This document shows positions 59,951-64,000 of a DNA stretch of 64,000 nucleotides, in pieces (the stretch's first letter is position 1; the number at the start of each line of letters is the position of its first letter). The notes below the pieces were generated by a model. It did no database searches. It had not been told where the DNA came from and was given only the letters and a program-made list of their open reading frames with translations. Location: the NCBI GenBank assembly GCA_040830765.1, contig JBFOMH010000024.1, positions 1 to 64,000 on the forward strand. Direction: 5' to 3'. This DNA is from Puniceicoccaceae bacterium. GTDB lineage: Bacteria > Verrucomicrobiota > Verrucomicrobiia > Opitutales > Oceanipulchritudinaceae. The translations under genes were made by a program, and so were the position numbers.

Positions 59951-60363
59951 CAGTTGGAAGCCCCTTTCAATTTCTCCCAACCTCCAATGAGCCAATAGAC
60001 CCGCTCCTCAGCGAGCACCTCCCTGAGCTCCGCGGCCAGGGCCTGGCTGCTTTCACACGCTTCACCATCGCAATAGACAATGATGCTCATCTCCGGGTCC
60101 CAATTCTCCAGGAGGCGCGCCAAGCCATTGTCAAAGTCGTCATGACTCATGTGAAGCGCTCCTTCCAGATGCTCCTCCTCGTACATCCTCTCTGCCCGGG
60201 CATCAACCCACAGAACGGGACTGATGGCCTGGGCCGCCTCGAGGGTCAATCCCCAGCCGTCGCTCTTCGGAGTTGGGTCCGGCAGTCCGAGGAACAGTCC
60301 CTGGCCGACGGCAAATCCAGTAGCCAGCAACAGCAAAATCAACATGCGGCGAATGAGATTCAC
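59950..60363 (-). CDS. exported/membrane-anchored rhodanese-like protein
   Basis: N-terminal hydrophobic segment; WVDAR...EHLEGA, VYCDGEACESS and LIGGW. Confidence 0.85.
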   Translation of the reverse strand: MNLIRRMLILLLLATGFAVGQGLFLGLPDPTPKSDGWGLTLEAAQAISPVLWVDARAERMYEEEHLEGALHMSHDDFDNGLARLLENWDPEMSIIVYCDGEACESSQALAAELREVLAEERVYWLIGGWEKLKGASN

Positions 60364-60440
60364 AGTGTCAGCTAAGTCGATGAAACCGTACTTGGCAAGT
60401 GGACTGAACCTATTCTCCGGCCTGCCCTAGCCTTTTGCCT

Positions 60441-60466
60441 TGAAACAATCGGCATTACGGGGCGTT
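60441..60466 (+). promoter_or_regulatory. candidate ECF sigma promoter TGAAAC-N16-CGTT
   Basis: Read directly upstream of the plus-strand ECF gene; matches the AAC/CGT ECF architecture. Confidence 0.55.
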
Positions 60467-60502
60467 CTAATTGCCATATGAGCGGCCCGAACCCTAAGCA
60501 TT

Positions 60503-61057
60503 GTGGCTGAATCACAGACGGATCCGGACCCCAGTGCAGAACTGATGCTTCAACTGCGCCAAGGTAATGAAGCGGCTTTCGACCAGTTGGTTGAACGCTG
60601 GCAGTCGCCCCTAATCAATTTTTTCTACCGGTCCCTATCTTCCTATGAGCAGGCTGAGGACCTTACCCAGATGGTCTTTGTCCGTCTTTACCGGGCCGCA
60701 CCCAATTACGAACCGAGGGCCAAGTTCAGTACCTTCCTCTTCCAGATTGCCCGGCGCTTGCTCATCAACGAGTTCCGCCGCAGCCAGCGCAAACCACTGG
60801 ACCCATGGGATCCTGCGGACTTGCATGCGGTCACCAGCGGACGCAACCAACAACGCTACACGGAAATTGAGGAGGCTTTTGAGCAGGCCCTGAAAAAGCT
60901 CCCTGAAAACCAGCGGACTGCTATCCTGCTCCTGAAACAACAGGAATTGAGCTATCAGGAAATCGCCGCCGCCATGGAGGCCACCGAAAGTGCCGTCAAG
61001 ACATGGATTTACAGGGCCCGGCAATTCTTGAAACAAGAACTAAAAGATCTGGTTTAA
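60503..61057 (+). CDS. ECF RNA polymerase sigma factor (RpoE/SigW-like)
   Basis: AFDQLVERW, AEDLTQMVF, FSTFLFQIAR and LSYQEIA...VKTWIYRAR. Confidence 0.9.
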   Translation: MAESQTDPDPSAELMLQLRQGNEAAFDQLVERWQSPLINFFYRSLSSYEQAEDLTQMVFVRLYRAAPNYEPRAKFSTFLFQIARRLLINEFRRSQRKPLDPWDPADLHAVTSGRNQQRYTEIEEAFEQALKKLPENQRTAILLLKQQELSYQEIAAAMEATESAVKTWIYRARQFLKQELKDLV

Positions 61058-61072
61058 CTAACTGAAAGGCAT

Positions 61073-61573
61073 ATGGAGAATAAGCATTCAGAACACGACA
61101 AGGCACTGAGCCAGTTCGACCAGTGGCTGCGGCAAAACCGTGTCCAGCCAAGGGCAGACCTGCTCCATCGTGTCCGGGAACAGCTGCAAGCAGGTTCCGG
61201 GGACTTTGATGGCCTTCTGGGTGAGATGCTCCAATGTGACACCCGATTGCGGGATCCCGACATGGTCCGGAAAGTCCGCCTTCGCCTGAAGGCAGACGAC
61301 CGGGTAAAAGGGAAGGTGGCCTGGTTTGACTGGTTGGCGCCCCTGGCGGCCGCTGCCACACTGACCATCGCCTTCGTTAGTTTCCAGACAAACGCCCCGG
61401 AGGGCTTGTTCCCGCAAGACGAGCAGCCCAATGGACTAACCATGAACGTGAATTCCGCTCCACAACTCGATTCCAGCGTCACTCAGATATTTGCCCTGGC
61501 GACCAACCTCCAGGGCGGAACGGATATGACGAAGCTTGAATCGGTTGAGGAACTGGCCTTTCTTTTTGATTAA
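61073..61573 (+). CDS. probable anti-sigma factor (single TM)
   Basis: Directly follows the ECF sigma; cytoplasmic helical region then TM WLAPLAAAATLTIAFV. Confidence 0.6.
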   Translation: MENKHSEHDKALSQFDQWLRQNRVQPRADLLHRVREQLQAGSGDFDGLLGEMLQCDTRLRDPDMVRKVRLRLKADDRVKGKVAWFDWLAPLAAAATLTIAFVSFQTNAPEGLFPQDEQPNGLTMNVNSAPQLDSSVTQIFALATNLQGGTDMTKLESVEELAFLFD

Positions 61574-62178
61574 TGCCTTTGGGTGTCCGGAACCATAGCC
61601 TCCCCTTGATCCTTTTCCTCCTCCTGGCGGGAATGGGTCCCATCGCTTTTGCCCAATCCCCACAGCGCCCGGCCGACCTTCCGGAACCTCCCCCCCTTCC
61701 GCCATCGCTTGAGGGACGCCCAATGGAGCCTCCTCCCGACCTTCCGGACTTCTCCGAATTGCAGGAACAACTGCGTCAATTGCAGGAACTTCTCTCCATG
61801 CCTCCGGAAAAACTGCGCAAACTCCGCCAAACCATCGAATTCATCGAGAAAATGTCCCCTTCGGAAAGGGATGCCATGCACATTCGGCTGAGCCAGATTA
61901 CCCAGGCCACACCGGAACTGAAGGACGAAATCAACCACCTCGCCAGACGCCTTCCCGCCAATATGCAAGCCTCCCTTTCCCAGTTCTGGTATGCTTCCTC
62001 CCCCGAGGAACGCACTTCTATCCGGGCAGAATTGAAGAAACTTCCTCCAGAGGAAGGATCCGCTTTCCTCTCCGAAAAGGTATCGGCCTTCATCCAGCAC
62101 AGGGACGAGGTTTTTGCCCGCATGCGGCAATCCCTGGAACAGAGACGGGATTCCAAGCGACCGCCTTCTGAACCGTGA
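61573..62178 (+). CDS. secreted alpha-helical protein (DUF3106-like by pattern)
   Basis: Signal peptide, Pro-rich linker, repeated (M/L/S)(S/P)PE(E/K)(R/L)-type helical units; TAATG coupling. Confidence 0.6.
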   Translation: MPLGVRNHSLPLILFLLLAGMGPIAFAQSPQRPADLPEPPPLPPSLEGRPMEPPPDLPDFSELQEQLRQLQELLSMPPEKLRKLRQTIEFIEKMSPSERDAMHIRLSQITQATPELKDEINHLARRLPANMQASLSQFWYASSPEERTSIRAELKKLPPEEGSAFLSEKVSAFIQHRDEVFARMRQSLEQRRDSKRPPSEP

Positions 62179-62343
62179 GCCCCGGCGGCGTAACCCCACC
62201 TCCTAATCCTTACACCCCGGGGGTTATATTTTACAAATAAAGCAATTGTGTAAATAAATTATCAAAAGCACATGGATTTGGCTTGAGAAAGCCCCTCTTC
62301 TAGGCGAAAAAAGGATACTTACTTTTGGCAAGCGATAGGCCAA

Positions 62344-62440
62344 TGGACCGAAAGGTCCAGAGTTAAGACAGCGACAGAGACAGGGCATGATTTATTTCAT
62401 TGCCCCAAAGCCACCTGAGAAATCGGGTGGCTTTGACTTT
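62344..62440 (+). ncRNA. candidate structured RNA (three hairpins, last one terminator-like)
   Basis: TGGACC-GAAA-GGTCCA; GGGCATGA...TCATTGCCC; CAAAGCCACCTGA-GAAA-TCGGGTGGCTTTG. Confidence 0.45.
62406..62440 (+). terminator. intrinsic terminator-like hairpin
   Basis: 13-bp stem with one G-U pair, GAAA loop, T-rich tail. Confidence 0.6.
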
Positions 62441-62568
62441 ATCAGCAGGACTCCAGAACCCCGATAAAGGAAAAAATTGCCCCACATTGAGGAAACTTTT
62501 CAGGGAGGCGCTTGTTTAAGGATTCGGGAATTGACCCCTTATAAACCCTCTGTAACAACATTCCGTCT

Positions 62569-63459
62569 ATGAGTAAACGACCGTATATGCGACCCGCTCC
62601 GCTGCTGGCGGCTTCGGTAGCGTCCCTTCTGGCTTGGACCGCGGTTATTGCTGAGGATGAAGCTCCGGAACCGACTCCGGCAGTGGATACTTCCGAGGCA
62701 TTCCGCGCCATGGGTTATGCCATGGCTTCCCAGCTCCGGCTGAACATTGGTTTCTCGGAAGAGGAACTCAGCCAAGTGTTTGAAGGCATGCGACTGGCAG
62801 CCAATGGCGAATCCGAGCCGGAAAACTTCAAGGAAGCTGTGCAAAGCGCCCAGCAGATCTACATGACCCGAATGCAGGCCTTTCAGGCAGTCGAGCAGGA
62901 ACGGGCCAAGGAGGTAGCTGATGCCAACAAGGCTGAGGCTGCTGAATTGTTCGCATCCCTCGATGGGAAGGAAGGCGTCATGAAGACCGAATCCGGTCTT
63001 TACTACGAAATGCTTGTCGAAGGCACCGGTAAAACTCCCGGCCCCAATGACCGGGTCAGGGTCAACTACAGTGGTGTCCTTGTCGATGGAACGCAATTCG
63101 ACGCCAACAACGGAGCTGACTTCATGGTCGGCCGGGTTGTCCCAGGATTTGGGGAAGGCCTCCAGCTCCTCAAGGAAGGGGGCAAAATCAAGCTCTACAT
63201 TCCTTCGGAACTTGGATACGGAGACCGCCCGTCACGCCCCGGATCAGTCATTGAACCTGGCGATGCCTTGATTTTCGAGGTGGAACTGTTGACGGTCATC
63301 GAGGTGCCGCAACCACCTTCCGGCCCGCCGCCAACGCTTCCCCCGAACCTGAAGCCGCCGCCTCCGCCGCCGTCTGGCCCGCCTCCGGGACCACCGCCGA
63401 GCGCGACGCCTCCCACACCTCCGACCGGGGAAATTCCCCCTCCGCCCAGCGGAAGCTAG
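62569..63459 (+). CDS. FKBP-type peptidyl-prolyl cis-trans isomerase (FkpA/Mip-like) with proline-rich tail
   Basis: Signal peptide, helical N-domain, TESGLYY, VNYSGVLVDGTQFD, IPSELGYG and LIFEVELL. Confidence 0.92.
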   Translation: MSKRPYMRPAPLLAASVASLLAWTAVIAEDEAPEPTPAVDTSEAFRAMGYAMASQLRLNIGFSEEELSQVFEGMRLAANGESEPENFKEAVQSAQQIYMTRMQAFQAVEQERAKEVADANKAEAAELFASLDGKEGVMKTESGLYYEMLVEGTGKTPGPNDRVRVNYSGVLVDGTQFDANNGADFMVGRVVPGFGEGLQLLKEGGKIKLYIPSELGYGDRPSRPGSVIEPGDALIFEVELLTVIEVPQPPSGPPPTLPPNLKPPPPPPSGPPPGPPPSATPPTPPTGEIPPPPSGS

Positions 63460-63490
63460 GTCGGTTCAGGTGACCTAATGATCTTTCATC

Positions 63491-63523
63491 AACGGCATCC
63501 TATTAAAGGGTGCCGTTTTTTTT
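63491..63523 (+). terminator. rho-independent terminator
   Basis: AACGGCATCC-loop-GGGTGCCGTT followed by a T run, just after the FKBP stop. Confidence 0.85.
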
Positions 63524-63597
63524 CGGTAGAGCTTGCCACCGATACTAAAATTTCTCTAATACTATACTTAATACTATTTAGTTTTTCTTATAGCAAA

Positions 63598-64000
63598 ATG
63601 TCATTGCCATTCCCAGAACTGACTGCCCAGGAAGCAGCGGAACTTATTCAAGATGGAAACACCGTTGGATTCAGCGGGTTCACGCCGGCTGGAGCAGCGA
63701 AGGCAATTCCGCGGGCCATTGCAGAGCGGGCCAAGGAGGAGCATGCAGCGGGGCGTCCATTCAAGATTGGGGTCATCACCGGCGCCTCGACCGGCGAGTC
63801 CCTCGACGGTGCCCTTGCAGGGGCCAAAGCAGTCGCCTGGCGAACCCCTTATCAATCGAACGCAACCTTGCGAAAATCGATCAACACCGGGGAGACCCAG
63901 TTTTTCGACATGCACCTGTCGCTCCTGCAACAATGGGTTCGTTACGGATTCCTCGGAAAAGTTCATTGTGCCATCGTGGAGGCGGCTCAGGTCACCGCGG
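63598..64000 (+). CDS. acetyl-CoA hydrolase / succinate CoA-transferase family protein (5' part; runs off the window; absent from ORF track)
   Basis: Manual translation MSLPFPELTAQEAAELIQDGNTVGFSGFTPAGAAKAIP...TGASTG...RTPYQS...DMHLS. Confidence 0.9.
   Translation, partial: MSLPFPELTAQEAAELIQDGNTVGFSGFTPAGAAKAIPRAIAERAKEEHAAGRPFKIGVITGASTGESLDGALAGAKAVAWRTPYQSNATLRKSINTGETQFFDMHLSLLQQWVRYGFLGKVHCAIVEAAQVTA

Noticed and set aside
62343..62400. c-di-GMP-I (GEMM) riboswitch, or a MDRKVQS micro-peptide
   Set aside because: Has a GAAA hairpin but lacks the GGCAAA/GACGCAAAG-type core and second-stem receptor; the 7-codon ORF has no support
63601..63966. 121-aa minus-strand ORF
   Set aside because: Antisense to the clearly recognisable CoA-transferase starting at 63598
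1..64000. CRISPR arrays, IS elements, prophage or defence systems
   Set aside because: No regularly spaced repeats, transposase, integrase, phage structural or defence-type genes recognised by eye

Overview
Gene-dense, GC-rich bacterial chromosomal segment. The gene repertoire and protein styles suggest Verrucomicrobiota (Opitutales/Puniceicoccaceae-like), but this is inference only. Most of the window is housekeeping: rne/rng, rodA, a SMUG1-type uracil-DNA glycosylase, phoD, glycerate kinase, typA, purL-purF-purM, rlmB, hrpA, nadB, panC, dapL, tRNA-Leu(GAG), purA, pgm, a UAP1-type pyrophosphorylase, ftsB and an FKBP. Less ordinary parts: (i) a ~14 kb minus-strand surface-glycosylation locus (31.6-45.4 kb) combining CDP-3,6-dideoxyhexose genes (rfbG/rfbH/rfbF), a ThDP enzyme, an FkbM methyltransferase, a GtrB-like GT2, two GT-C-like membrane proteins and two small paralogous membrane proteins; (ii) a stand-alone dnaE2 whose predicted -35/-10 spacer is a perfect 16-bp palindrome; (iii) a secreted beta-propeller dehydrogenase gene broken by one in-frame TAG and ending in a Trp/Tyr-rich tail; (iv) two back-to-back ECF sigma/anti-sigma operons, one headed by rhodanese and MauE/DoxX genes; (v) an ExeA-like ATPase triad; (vi) a structured non-coding stretch at ~62.3-62.44 kb that may be an sRNA or leader. 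No CRISPR array, rRNA, integrase or transposase was recognised. The first ~200 bp look like low-quality sequence. All functional calls come from motif recognition by eye; no searches were run.
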